Below, one piece after another: positions 1 through 10,075 of a DNA stretch of 64,000 nt (positions are counted from its first letter, which is position 1; each line of letters starts with the position of its first letter). Location of the stretch: positions 20,867 through 84,866 of the forward strand of contig JAYWED010000018.1 in NCBI GenBank assembly GCA_043779525.1, in the 5' to 3' direction. The notes beneath the pieces are model-generated. The model had not been told where the DNA came from. It did no database searches and worked only from the letters and a program-made list of their open reading frames with translations. A program made the position numbers and the translations under genes. This DNA comes from Candidatus Eiseniibacteriota bacterium. Its GTDB lineage: Bacteria; Eisenbacteria; RBG-16-71-46; SZUA-252.

Positions 1-1059
1 CGCTCGCTCTTGGAGATGAGATCGATCTTCCAGCCCGTGAGCTTGGCAGCGAGCCGCGCGTTCTGTCCGCCCTTGCCGATGGCGAGGGAGAGCTGGTCGT
101 CCGCGACGGTCACCAGCACCTTCTGCTCCGTATCCACGATCTGCGCTTCCAGCACCTTGGCCGGCGAGAGCGAGCGCGTCACGAAGACGACCGGATCCTG
201 GCTCCAGGGCACGATATCGATCTTCTCGCCGCCCAGCTCGCGGACGATCGCCTGCACGCGGGACCCCTTGATCCCCACGCACGCGCCGACCGCGTCGATC
301 TTGTCATCGTTGGACTGGACCGAAACCTTGGCGCGGGAGCCGGGCTCGCGCGCGATTCCCTTGAGCTCGATGATCTTCTCCGCGACCTCGGGCACCTCGG
401 CCTCGAAGAGACGGCGAAGGAACTCGGGGTGCGTCCGCGACAGAATGATCTGCGGACCGCGCGCCAGCTTGTCCACGGCGATGATAAAGGCCTTGATGTG
501 ATCGCCCTGGTGATAGCGGTCGCGCGCGATCTGCTCGCGGGGAGGAAGGATCGCCTCCGAGCGGTCGAGCTTCACGTAGATGTTGCCGCGGTCGACCTGC
601 TGCACCGTGCCGCGAACCATCTCACCCACCCGGTCGTGATAGTCCTCGTAAATCCGCTCGCGCTCCGCCTCCCGGACCCGCTGCACCAGAACCTGCTTGG
701 CGGCCGCGATCGCGTTCCGTCCCAGGTCCTCGAGCGTCAGCTCCTGGACGAGCTCCTGACCCACCCGAGCGTCGGCGTCGGATTGCTGCGCCTCCTCGAG
801 GTCGATCTCCTGCGCGGGATCCTCGGCGTCCTCCACGACGCGCCGCTTGAGCCGCATGAGAATGCGGCCGCTCGGCTCGTCGAACTTCACCTGGATATCG
901 GCGGTCTGGCCGAAGCGTTTCCGCCCGGCGGAGAGAAGCCCCGCCTCCAGCGTCTCCACGAGGATGGACTTGTCCACGCTCTTCTCGCGCGCGATCTGAG
1001 CCATCGCTTCCATCAGCTCGTAGTTGACGCCTCTTGTCTGAGTCTCTTTCGCCACGGCT
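1..1059 (-). CDS. nusA: Transcription termination/antitermination factor NusA (partial; 3' part runs off window start)
   Basis: Manual reverse-complement translation from ATG at 1057-1059 gives MKAVAKETQTRGVNYELMEAMAQIAREKSVDKSILVETLE...VGACVGIKGSRVQAIVRELGGEKIDIV...IGKGGQNARLAAKLTGWKIDL (S1 + KH domains typical of NusA). No stop before position 1, so it is absent from the ORF track. Lies directly downstream of rimP as in the conserved rimP-nusA-infB operon. Confidence 0.85.
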
Positions 1060-1060
1060 T

Positions 1061-1633
1061 TCATCCCTTCGGCCGTCGTTCCTTCGCCCGCAGCCCTTCC
1101 CACGGATCGGCGACGACATGCGCGTTTTTGATCGCACCGTACGGCAACGAAACGACTCCAGCGTTCGGATCTTCGAGCAGGATCGCGTCCTCTCCCGCCT
1201 GGCGCAACTCTCCACGGAACGTGCGGCGGCCCTGGTGGAGGTCGTGCAGCTTGACCTCCACGCCGCCGCCGACGAACCGCGCGAAATGCGCGGGGCGCGT
1301 GAGCGTCCGCTCGATCCCGGGGGACCCGACCTCCAATACATAACTGCCGGGCACCACGTTCTCGGCCTCGAGATACCGGCCGATCTTCTTATTCCAGTAT
1401 GCGCAATCGGCGATCGTAACGCCGGTCGGACGGTCCAGGGATATCCGAACCACCGTCCGACCCGACTCGGTAGCCAGGTCCAGGTCCCAGAGGTCGAACA
1501 GCTCCTCGCCGAGGAGGGCCTGGAGGCGTCGGGTAAGCTCTTCCCTCAGTTGTCCACGTTCCATGCGATCCGTCCCGGGCTTTACCCTGTCCGGGCAAGC
1601 GCCTAATAAAGTTCGAGTGGACTGCGGGTCCAC
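1061..1633 (-). CDS. rimP: Ribosome maturation factor RimP
   Basis: 190-aa ORF; ...GSYVLEVGSPGIERTL... matches the RimP signature region; immediately upstream of nusA. Confidence 0.8.
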   Translation of the reverse strand: MDPQSTRTLLGACPDRVKPGTDRMERGQLREELTRRLQALLGEELFDLWDLDLATESGRTVVRISLDRPTGVTIADCAYWNKKIGRYLEAENVVPGSYVLEVGSPGIERTLTRPAHFARFVGGGVEVKLHDLHQGRRTFRGELRQAGEDAILLEDPNAGVVSLPYGAIKNAHVVADPWEGLRAKERRPKG

Positions 1634-1683
1634 TCGGACCTATCAAATTAGCGCCCGGGAAGGTGTTCGATCAAGCGGAAAGT

Positions 1684-2811
1684 TTAGCGGGAAAGGAAAC
1701 TAGCCTTGGTTGCGAGGCTTACAAGCACCGTTCCGACCGCCTCGAGGCTCCGGGGGGAGCAGGTCGCGGGGGTATCGTGCGTCGTGTGCCACTCCGGAAA
1801 GCTGAAATCGATCAGGTCCACGGCCGGAATGGAGGCGTTCAGGAACGGAATATGGTCGTCGAACACCTGCGGACCCGGAACCGACCTGAAATTCCGGATT
1901 CCCAACTCATGGGCCTCCTGCCAAATCACGTCCACCACATTGGACGCCTGTTTCCGGGAATTGACCTCCCATTGCAGGGTCAGATCCGTCTTTCCGACCA
2001 TGTCGATGACGATCACGAACAGGGGGTGGTCCTCGCCGATCCGGCTCACATAGCGCATGGAGCCGCGGAAAAACCCGTTCGGATTCTCCTCCGTGCCCAG
2101 GTCCTCCCCGTCGAACAGGACGAGATCCACGCCGATCGGCGTCCCCGTCTTCTGGAGCACGCGCGCCATCTCGAGCAGCACCGCCACGCCGGAGGCGCCG
2201 TCGTTCGCGCCCAGGACCGCCCGGGTCCGGAGCGCGGGATTGGGATCCTTGTCGGCCCACGGGCGCGAGTCCCAGTGCGCTCCGATCAGGATCCGCTCCT
2301 TCGCGCGCGGCCGGAAGCGGGCCACGAGGTTCGTGAGTCGGACCTCCTTGCCCAGCTCGGGGGAATCGTACGTGAAGGAGTCCACCTGGACCTCGGGCGC
2401 CATCGCGCGGAATCGGGACGTGAGCCAGGAGAAGCAGGAGTCGTGCGCCGCGCTGCCCGGCACGCGCGGACCGAAGGCGCACTGGCGCTCGAGCATGGCG
2501 AACGCCGCCCTCCCGTCGAATACGGCCGCGGCGGCCTCATGGCGGCACGAAGGCAGAAGGAAGGCGAGCAGGAGTGCCGCGAACGCCCGCGCGAACGCCC
2601 GCGCGAACGCCCGGACGCTAGAAGCGGAACTGCCCGTTGACGGCGATCGTGATCCCGCGCTGCGTGAGGTTCTGCTTGTAGTCTTTCGTCTGGCGGAAGG
2701 CGAGGTCGAATCCCCCGGTGATCGATGGGGTGAAGTTGTAGGTGGTCCCGCTCCCCACGTTGAGCCGCTGGGTGTCGGTTTCGGACTGTGCCGGGAACCC
2801 AGGCGAGACAA
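1684..2811 (-). CDS. M28-family zinc peptidase (glutaminyl-cyclase/aminopeptidase-like), probably secreted lipoprotein; start ambiguous
   Basis: ORF has the M28-like core ...ILIGAHWDSRPWADKD...GANDGASGVAVLLEMARVL...FDGEDLG...DMVG...; signal/lipobox-like AALLLAFLLPSC precedes the core. The only in-frame ATGs are at 2811 (overlapping the giant upstream gene by about 190 nt, with a low-complexity S/T/R N-terminus) or about 2499 (which would remove the signal peptide). No GTG/TTG in between (checked codons). Confidence 0.6.
   Translation of the reverse strand: MSRLGSRHSPKPTPSGSTWGAGPPTTSPHRSPGDSTSPSARRKTTSRTSRSAGSRSPSTGSSASSVRAFARAFARAFAALLLAFLLPSCRHEAAAAVFDGRAAFAMLERQCAFGPRVPGSAAHDSCFSWLTSRFRAMAPEVQVDSFTYDSPELGKEVRLTNLVARFRPRAKERILIGAHWDSRPWADKDPNPALRTRAVLGANDGASGVAVLLEMARVLQKTGTPIGVDLVLFDGEDLGTEENPNGFFRGSMRYVSRIGEDHPLFVIVIDMVGKTDLTLQWEVNSRKQASNVVDVIWQEAHELGIRNFRSVPGPQVFDDHIPFLNASIPAVDLIDFSFPEWHTTHDTPATCSPRSLEAVGTVLVSLATKASFLSR
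2577..2612. repeat. Tandem 12-nt repeat (gcgcgaacgccc) x3 encoding (AFAR)x3 at the N-terminus of the M28 peptidase ORF, 5 nt downstream of the giant gene stop
   Basis: Direct reading: ccgcgaacgccc gcgcgaacgccc gcgcgaacgccc at 2577-2612. Confidence 0.8.
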
Positions 2812-5800
2812 AGTACTGTTTGTCGCGCGCGATTCCCATCGTGAGGTTCAGGTTGACGTCGTTAGGAAGCTTGACACGCCGCTTACTCCAGGGGAAGCGG
2901 ATTCCCTTGCTCGCGGGATAGGTCTTGGTGAGGCGAACGTCGTGGTTCTTCGTGGTATGCGTCCGGACCACGCCGCCGATTCGCTCGTCCAGCGCCTCGC
3001 TCTTCGAGAAGGCGGTGTTCACCTCCGCGCGGATGCCGTTCCGGAACGAGGCCTCCCAGCGGAGGAGCGGCAGCCAGTTGGTGGTCGTGACGTGCGTTTC
3101 GAGCGCTTTACCCGCGGGGCCCTGATCCTCGGTCTTCAAGGAATAGTGCGAGCTCAAGACGAGCGAGCTCAGCATGTCGCCGAGACCCAGGTCTTGCTGA
3201 AGCTGGAGCCAGCGTCCGTTCAGATCCGGCCAGGAGAGCGTGTAGATCCGCCGCGCCCCGAGGGAAGCGTCGGAGAAGGCGATCCGATGATCCGCGCGCA
3301 CGTCCACCGAGAGGTGCGTCAGCGGCTGGATGGTGGTGCTCGCGGTCGAGATGTATTGGCGGTTCTGCACCAGGTTCGAGCTGGGCGCCCGGTAGAGGGA
3401 CGGATCGAGCTTCTGGGTGAAGCCGGCGATGTAGGCGAACCCGGGCTTGCCGACCACGCGCGTGGCCGACGCGGAGCGCTCGAACGAGAACGAGGTCTGA
3501 ATATCCTGTAAACGCCCGAAGAGGAGCCGGAGCGGCACGAGCAGCGGACTCCCGCCTCCTGAATCGCGCGGAGAGCCCGATCCCCGGAAGCGCTGCGCCA
3601 GCCGCGAAAGCGGGATCGCGGTCGTCGCGCGGGCCGAGCCGCGATTGCTGATGTTCTTGAGCCCGAGCGGATCGTTGGCGTTCAAGCGAACGCCCGCATT
3701 CCCGTCCTCGCGATAGCTCCCGGTGAGCGCGACGTTGGGATTCAGGAACAGGACCCGCCGCGGCGTCCAGTTGAGCTCCATGGACTGGTTGTGGGCCACT
3801 TCCGTGCCCACGTTGGAGCCGGTGAATCCGGGCTGCCGCTGCAACATGTCACGCTGCGAGGTGAGCGAGTAATGAGTCGTGACGCCGTTGATCGGAAGGT
3901 AGGACGCGTTGGTCCGGAGCGAGAGGAGCCGGTTCAGAACGTTCGAGCGAATCGCGGCGGAGTCCTGCTGCCCCTGGATGAAGCGGGAATAGGACGTGCT
4001 CCGGGTGGCGTTCCAGTCCACGCCGAAGGAGACGATGTCCGGGAGGTACTTGAACTTCAGGCCTCTCGACAGCGGAATGCCTTTGCCACCGCCGATCGGA
4101 AGGTCGTAGTTCCCCGTGGCGGCGAACGCCCACGAGGAGTCTCTCGACTGAGGCTCGACGTTCGCGGCCCGCGAGTAGGCCATCGAGCCGTTGATCGCGT
4201 CGATGGTCCAGCGCGTGAGCCCTTTTCTCGGCCCGGTCCGGCTGTAGCGGAAATCCACCGATTGGCGGTCGGCTCGCCTGGTCTCCACGTCGGAGCGCCC
4301 CTGGTCCAGCACGACGTCGGACCCGGTCCGATACTTCGGCACGTCGGTGGAGTGCGCAACCGTGACCCGAACCGGGAGCTGGAGCCCGCTCAGCGGAAGC
4401 ATCTTGTCCAGCTGGAGGGTGCTCGAGAACCCCATGGCCGTGTGGTTCAACCCGGTCCCCTGATTGACGCCGCTGCCCACGCGGAAGAAGTCCTGATCCT
4501 GCTTGGCGAAGCTCGCGTTCAGCGCCAGCACGTCCGCGAAATTCGCCTGAACCGCGAAGTTGCCCGTCTTCCCGACGTCCTTGCGCACGCCGTCCAGCCT
4601 TAGCTCGTCGATCCAGACTTCTCCGGGCGTGCCCGAGGCGGAGTCGAGCGCGGTCACGCCGAAGCTGATCCGGTTCACCCGCGTGAAGGACGGCCTGCCG
4701 ACGACCGTGTAGCGCGCGCCGATGTCGGCGGAGGTCAGCGAGTCGATCTTCACGCTCAAGGCGTCGTTGGATTCCTTGAGCCTGGAGAGCACCTCCAGCG
4801 GAATCCGGACGTCCTGCCAGCCGGTGCGCACCGGAAGGCTGTATTCGTAGTAGTTGACCGTGTCGGCCCCGAAGCGCGCCAGCACGCGGATCTTCTGGGT
4901 CTCCACGCCGGGATCCCCGTGCACGTAGAAGCGGATGTCGCGGTACTGGGTGTAGCCGATGCCGCTCCCGTTGTCCGAGAACGTCTTGAAAGCGAAGACC
5001 GAGTCTCCCCCCTGCAGGCGATCGTAGGCCAGGGCGAGCGACTGTTCCCGTCGCGTGGCGCTCTCGCCGACCGCGTTCGGGACGTCGAAAGGGGCCTTGT
5101 AGGTCGCGGCGTCGTCCTTGTTGTTCCGGACCTTCACGTCGAACACGACGCCTCGTTTCTTCATCGCGCCCGAGATCGGCCGCGCCAGCCACCGGCTGCC
5201 GACCAGCTCGATCCCGCCGATCTGGATGTTGGTGGGACCGGTCAAGCCGTCCAGCCAGATCCTCGAGTGCTTGATGTCGTCCCAGCTCGGGCCGCCGACC
5301 GAGACGAAGGCGGGGCTGCTCAGGGGAATGCGGAACAGCCGCCAGCCGTTTCTCTCCGACACGATGCCCGGGTAATCCCGCGGGACGTCCACCGCGACGT
5401 AGGCCATTTTCGAAAGGTCGACCGTCGCCTCGAAGTAGGAGTTGACCTTGTCGAGGTTGCAGTTCAGATCCAGGTCCTCGGTGTCGATGCGCGCGTTTCG
5501 CTCGGTTCCGTTGATCTTGGAGTAGTCCTTGGCTTTGTCCGGATCGTTCGAATAGGCGAAATCGTCCCCGTGCGGATCGGATCCTGAGCCCGTGTATCCC
5601 GCCTCGTCCGGATCCAGGACCCCGTCCAAGCCCGTGTCCTCGCCATCGTCGAGCTTGGTGTCGCAGTTCCTGTCTTCGCTGTCGAACCGGCCGTTCGGCA
5701 AGGAATCCGCCTGCCAGAACGCGTCCTCGCTCACGCGCCCGAAATCGATGTGGAGATTGCCGTGCGTCTGGTCGTGGAAGGGTGTGCGGTCATTGACCCA

Positions 5801-8533
5801 GATCTCGATGAACCGGGTCCGCGAAAGGTCCTCGCCGGTCCTCGACATGGCCTGCGTGAGGCCGGTCCACGTTCTCGGCGTGAAGAAGGTGGCGGTGTCC
5901 CCCTGCGCAGGAATGTTCAGCTCGAGCACGGTGTGCTCGTTGTCCGAGCCCTCCGCTTTCGTGAGCACGGGCTTCAGGTCGCGCTCCTTGGCGCCTCCGT
6001 TTGCCGACGTGGGGTTGTACCACTCGACCCTCGCGTGCTCTCCGACCACCTGCGAGACGGGATTCTGAACGCTGTCGACCGGAATGCTGCTCCAGAACCA
6101 TCCGGTGCGCCCCATGGACAGCGTGTTCGATTCGCGGTTCCCCTCCATGTCGTCCACGTAGGCCTCCCCCTTGGTATTGGGGTTCGGCATGCTCACCGCC
6201 ACGTTGCCCTGGAGATTCATGCTGGAGGGAGCGGAAGTGTGGACACCGGGGATCAGATTGGCGAACTGGGTCATCCAGGATGGCCGGACCGTCACGACCG
6301 ACGCCAGGTCTCCCACCATGGAGCGGGCTGGCTCTTCCCCCAGCTTCGGGTTGACTTCCTGGGCGCCCCGGCTCTCGTAGAGCATGCTGGAGGACACGCT
6401 CAGGTCGGCGCTCGGACTGTACGACGTGGAGAATCCCATCAAGGTGCGCTGGACCTGGCTCACGCCGGGAGCGAAGGAGTAGTCCACCGAGATCACCGCG
6501 TCGGGGCCGGGTGGGCGGGTGAAGGTGATCTGCCCGGTCTCGTAGTCGATGTTGTAGTCGCTGACCTTCCTCTGGAGGACGTTGTCCACCTTCACCTGCT
6601 CGGAGTTTTCCAGGATATTGAACCGGCCGATGAAATACCCCTGCTGGCTGCTCTTGAACTGGGCGTCGATGTAGTAACGGGTCTGGCTCGGTGGATCGGG
6701 ATTCTTCGTGTAGTACACGTTCGGGTTCATCCGGGACGAATCCGCGGCCAGGATGTTCCGCACGGTGTCGTCCAGGCAGAGGAACCTGGGAAAGGGCCTG
6801 CACCCCGGAGAAAACGGGTGGAGGTCGGGGAAGAAGATGATCCCGCTCTCCACATCGAGGAAATGATCGTCCACCCGTCCATCCGGACCGGTTCCCGCCT
6901 GGGTGCCCTGCTGGTCCAGCCCCAGGGCCACGATCAGCGGGGTATCCCCGATCGCCTCCGGATCCACCGCCTGCCCGGCCTGGCGCTGCCGCACCTTGAG
7001 GATCAGGGTCGCGCGCGCGATGTTCCGGGCGGTGAGGTCGTAGAAGTTGCGCAGCTCGTAGGCCAGCGTGGGATACCAGGGATTCGCCGGATCGTAGGAC
7101 CCTCCCGGCAGGACCGTCACAAGTTCAGGACCCGGCTTGATCATCTGGAGGAGCACCGCGCCGACCGGCTTCTTCAGCGCGAGGTTCTCGCTGTTGCGAT
7201 CCGTATCCCCGATCTGAACCGAATCGGCTCCCGCCGAGGACTTTTCGACGTAGGAGACGCCGATGACATCGCTGGCAGTCAGGGGATACCGGAACTTGAT
7301 GACCGGAATCTCGGTCCCCGGCGGCACGCCGGGTGTCGTGACCACGTAGGGGAAGATGATGTCGTAGTCGACCCCCTGGGTCAGGATGTCGAAGGTTCCG
7401 CGGATCTGCGGATTCGTGTCGCTGCTGTCGCGGGTACCGTCCAGGCGGACGAGGCCGACCGGAAGTCCCGTATTATTGGAGCCGTTCCCGTCGTCCCGAT
7501 AGACCTTGAGGGACGCGCGATCCCAGACCATCTGGTGGTTACTGAAGAAGTAGTACTGCCGTTTGATGTAATCCATGTCGCTGATGAACGCCTGGCGCTT
7601 CTCGCCCGACGGGGTGAAGCGCGCGGTTTCGCTCTTCCCTTCCTGCTTGCTCACGATCGTGACCACGTCGACGTTCCCGAGCTTCGCCACGGTCTTGACG
7701 CCGAAGAGCCCCTCCTGCCGGATGGAAGCCCCCTGCAAGGAGAGGTTCGTGTTCCCGAGGTCGATCGACTTGATCATGTCGTCCTCGTCTCCCGCGTAGC
7801 GGAGCTTCACCTTGTTGTCGAGGGAGGTCTGGACGTTGCTCGACTGGTCCACGTCCACCTTGATCTTGTCGCCGATCGAGCCGGTGAGGTTTACTTGCAG
7901 GTCCTGCTTCATCTCCAGCGACGGGAAGGCGCTCGGTCGCTTGTGCTCCTGGTCCGGTATTCCGTTCTTCCGGACCGTCCAGTCGCTCACCCCGCTCAGC
8001 GTGATGGTCTCGCTGCCGGACACGTCGATGTTGGGCTGCGCGTCGCCGAGAATTCCGCGCGTGAACTTGGGGAGCTGGATGGGGATATCGACGTGGAAGA
8101 GACCCTGAGGCTTCTTCGCGATCCCGCGCGTCATCGAGCGGCTCTCGCGGGAGTCGTTGCGCCACAGCCTCCGAACCGTGCGGGTGGTAAGGAGCGTGGA
8201 GTACTGGTCGAGATCCGCGACCATCGGCGGACGCATCTCGACGCCGCCTTGGGTATAGCTCTCGCGGATCCGGCCGATGGTGGGATCGAAGGCGATGTCG
8301 GGGTCCCGCACCGCGGGCACCGTGGCTCCGGTCGGATCCGTGCGGCTCATGAGCCACCCCGGCGGCAGGTCGCTGTGGCTGCCGCCCGGGCTATCCCCGT
8401 AGAAAGAATCGGTCTGGGAGCGGTACCGCCAGTGCACTGCCGAGGCAGTCCCGGCGGCCGCGGTGGACGGCAGGGCGGCCGCTAAGCTGATGCAGAGACA
8501 GAGAATGATGCTCCGCTTGGGGTTTTGAATCAT
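2618..8533 (-). CDS. Giant (1971 aa) secreted outer-membrane beta-barrel-type protein; tentatively SprA/Sov-like (T9SS translocon family) - otherwise uncharacterized
   Basis: Uninterrupted 5.9-kb ORF. N-terminal signal peptide (MIQNPKRSIILCLCISLAAALPSTAAAGTASA). C-terminus ...IAVNGQFRF* ends in Phe with an alternating hydrophobic pattern typical of an OMP beta-signal. Rich in Gly/Asn/Thr/Ser/Tyr, beta-strand-like composition. Size and architecture resemble SprA-class giant barrels. No gld/por/spr partner genes in the window. Confidence 0.4.
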   Translation of the reverse strand: MIQNPKRSIILCLCISLAAALPSTAAAGTASAVHWRYRSQTDSFYGDSPGGSHSDLPPGWLMSRTDPTGATVPAVRDPDIAFDPTIGRIRESYTQGGVEMRPPMVADLDQYSTLLTTRTVRRLWRNDSRESRSMTRGIAKKPQGLFHVDIPIQLPKFTRGILGDAQPNIDVSGSETITLSGVSDWTVRKNGIPDQEHKRPSAFPSLEMKQDLQVNLTGSIGDKIKVDVDQSSNVQTSLDNKVKLRYAGDEDDMIKSIDLGNTNLSLQGASIRQEGLFGVKTVAKLGNVDVVTIVSKQEGKSETARFTPSGEKRQAFISDMDYIKRQYYFFSNHQMVWDRASLKVYRDDGNGSNNTGLPVGLVRLDGTRDSSDTNPQIRGTFDILTQGVDYDIIFPYVVTTPGVPPGTEIPVIKFRYPLTASDVIGVSYVEKSSAGADSVQIGDTDRNSENLALKKPVGAVLLQMIKPGPELVTVLPGGSYDPANPWYPTLAYELRNFYDLTARNIARATLILKVRQRQAGQAVDPEAIGDTPLIVALGLDQQGTQAGTGPDGRVDDHFLDVESGIIFFPDLHPFSPGCRPFPRFLCLDDTVRNILAADSSRMNPNVYYTKNPDPPSQTRYYIDAQFKSSQQGYFIGRFNILENSEQVKVDNVLQRKVSDYNIDYETGQITFTRPPGPDAVISVDYSFAPGVSQVQRTLMGFSTSYSPSADLSVSSSMLYESRGAQEVNPKLGEEPARSMVGDLASVVTVRPSWMTQFANLIPGVHTSAPSSMNLQGNVAVSMPNPNTKGEAYVDDMEGNRESNTLSMGRTGWFWSSIPVDSVQNPVSQVVGEHARVEWYNPTSANGGAKERDLKPVLTKAEGSDNEHTVLELNIPAQGDTATFFTPRTWTGLTQAMSRTGEDLSRTRFIEIWVNDRTPFHDQTHGNLHIDFGRVSEDAFWQADSLPNGRFDSEDRNCDTKLDDGEDTGLDGVLDPDEAGYTGSGSDPHGDDFAYSNDPDKAKDYSKINGTERNARIDTEDLDLNCNLDKVNSYFEATVDLSKMAYVAVDVPRDYPGIVSERNGWRLFRIPLSSPAFVSVGGPSWDDIKHSRIWLDGLTGPTNIQIGGIELVGSRWLARPISGAMKKRGVVFDVKVRNNKDDAATYKAPFDVPNAVGESATRREQSLALAYDRLQGGDSVFAFKTFSDNGSGIGYTQYRDIRFYVHGDPGVETQKIRVLARFGADTVNYYEYSLPVRTGWQDVRIPLEVLSRLKESNDALSVKIDSLTSADIGARYTVVGRPSFTRVNRISFGVTALDSASGTPGEVWIDELRLDGVRKDVGKTGNFAVQANFADVLALNASFAKQDQDFFRVGSGVNQGTGLNHTAMGFSSTLQLDKMLPLSGLQLPVRVTVAHSTDVPKYRTGSDVVLDQGRSDVETRRADRQSVDFRYSRTGPRKGLTRWTIDAINGSMAYSRAANVEPQSRDSSWAFAATGNYDLPIGGGKGIPLSRGLKFKYLPDIVSFGVDWNATRSTSYSRFIQGQQDSAAIRSNVLNRLLSLRTNASYLPINGVTTHYSLTSQRDMLQRQPGFTGSNVGTEVAHNQSMELNWTPRRVLFLNPNVALTGSYREDGNAGVRLNANDPLGLKNISNRGSARATTAIPLSRLAQRFRGSGSPRDSGGGSPLLVPLRLLFGRLQDIQTSFSFERSASATRVVGKPGFAYIAGFTQKLDPSLYRAPSSNLVQNRQYISTASTTIQPLTHLSVDVRADHRIAFSDASLGARRIYTLSWPDLNGRWLQLQQDLGLGDMLSSLVLSSHYSLKTEDQGPAGKALETHVTTTNWLPLLRWEASFRNGIRAEVNTAFSKSEALDERIGGVVRTHTTKNHDVRLTKTYPASKGIRFPWSKRRVKLPNDVNLNLTMGIARDKQYFVSPGFPAQSETDTQRLNVGSGTTYNFTPSITGGFDLAFRQTKDYKQNLTQRGITIAVNGQFRF

Positions 8534-8656
8534 GGATGGGACGGTCGCTCTGGGATCAATAAGGTCAGACCGGGTCCTTGGGTCCCGTCACGTAAACCAG
8601 TGAACCCCTGGATCGGGCGGCGGTTCGGCCTGAAATGTGTTAAAAGGTAGGGCCAT

Positions 8657-10075
8657 ATGAGAATACTCGAACGGTACGTCCTTCGCGAGCATCTCTTCCC
8701 GTTCGTAATCGGCTTCAGCGTCGTTGTTTTCCTGCTCACGCTGGACTTCCTCTTCGATCTGGTCGATCTGGCAATCGGCAAAGGGATCTCGGCTGGAATC
8801 GTACTCGAGCTGTTCGCTCTGTCCATGGGCTGGATGCTGGCCCTGGCGGTGCCCTGCGCCGTCCTCATCGCGGCCCTGGCGACGTTCGGACGGCTGGCCC
8901 AGGACGGCGAGATCGCCGCGATGCGTGCAAACGGGATCAATCTGCTCCGGATCATCGGCGCCCCGATCTTCGCCGCGGCCATCCTGGCCGTCGGGCTCGT
9001 GCTCTTCAACAATCATATCCTCCCCGAGACGAACCACGCGCTCGCGAACCTCATGGTGGACGTGAGCCGGAAGCGGCCCACCACCCAGATCAGCGAAGGC
9101 GTGTTCATCGACGGATTCGAGGGTTACAACATCTTCGTCGAGAAGGTGAACAACCGGACGAACGAGATCCGGGGCGTGAAGATCTACCAGATCAATTCGA
9201 GCGCCCGCCCGACGACCATCCTCGCGGACTGGGGCGTATTCCACAGCTCGCCGGATGGACGCGTGGTGACCCTGGAGCTCCACGACGGCGAGATCCACGA
9301 GATGCCGCCCAACGACCAGGAGCGGATCTACCGGCGGCTCATGTTCAAGACCCACATCATCAATATTCGGAACGCCGGGGCCGATCTGGAGAGGTCTGAT
9401 TCGAGCGCCCGAGGGGACCGGGAAATGAGCCTGGGCATGATGCAGGGCCAGATCCGCAATCTAATGAAGGAGTTGGCCGCGTCCACGGCCGCGCGGGACA
9501 CGCTGATCCACAAGGCGGGATTCCATAGCTATGGCGATTTCCTGAAGGCCGCGGTACCCCGCCAGGCGCCTCGCGGCGTGTGGGGGGCCGTGCGCGGCTT
9601 TCTCCGGACCATCTCGCCCATCCGGCCGCCGGTGTCCCTGCCTGCCGGAAGACCGGCGGGGCTCTTCATCAACCCGGTCACGATGGACATGATCCAGATG
9701 CGGCAGATCGAAGTCGACGCGCTCGACCGGCGGATCAACAGCCTCGACGTCGAGGTCCAGAAGAAGTTCTCCATCCCCGCCGCGTGCATCGTGTTCGTGC
9801 TGGTGGGGGCGCCGCTCGGGATCCGGGCCCGCAAGAGCGGCATCGGGGTCGCGTTCATCTCGATCCTCTTCTTCGTCTTCTATTACCTCTGCCTCGCGGG
9901 GGGCGAGGAGCTGGCCGACCGGCGATTCCTGAATCCGGCGCTCGCGATGTGGACCCCGAACGTCGTGATCGGGCTGATCGGGCTCGTCCTCACCCTCCAG
10001 GCCGCCGAGATCATCCGAAAGCCCCCGCGCCGCGCCCGCCGCGTTCCCGCGGCGCACCGGATGCCCGGCGCGTGA
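8657..10075 (+). CDS. lptF: LPS export ABC permease, LptF/LptG (YjgP/YjgQ) family, with a large periplasmic/coiled insert and a basic C-terminal tail
   Basis: 472-aa ORF, N-terminal MRILERYVLREHLFPF... typical of the YjgP/YjgQ permease family; multiple TM segments; GTGA-coupled to the next permease gene. RBS AAAGGTAGGG upstream of ATG 8657. Confidence 0.75.
   Translation: MRILERYVLREHLFPFVIGFSVVVFLLTLDFLFDLVDLAIGKGISAGIVLELFALSMGWMLALAVPCAVLIAALATFGRLAQDGEIAAMRANGINLLRIIGAPIFAAAILAVGLVLFNNHILPETNHALANLMVDVSRKRPTTQISEGVFIDGFEGYNIFVEKVNNRTNEIRGVKIYQINSSARPTTILADWGVFHSSPDGRVVTLELHDGEIHEMPPNDQERIYRRLMFKTHIINIRNAGADLERSDSSARGDREMSLGMMQGQIRNLMKELAASTAARDTLIHKAGFHSYGDFLKAAVPRQAPRGVWGAVRGFLRTISPIRPPVSLPAGRPAGLFINPVTMDMIQMRQIEVDALDRRINSLDVEVQKKFSIPAACIVFVLVGAPLGIRARKSGIGVAFISILFFVFYYLCLAGGEELADRRFLNPALAMWTPNVVIGLIGLVLTLQAAEIIRKPPRRARRVPAAHRMPGA

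Noticed and set aside
3849-5192. 447-aa minus-strand ORF inside the giant gene
   Set aside because: Alternative frame of the same strand; Arg/Gly/Pro-rich nonsense composition.
5750-8485. 911-aa plus-strand ORF
   Set aside because: Antisense to the giant minus-strand gene; Arg/Gly/Ala-rich composition typical of spurious high-GC reverse-frame ORFs; no start context.
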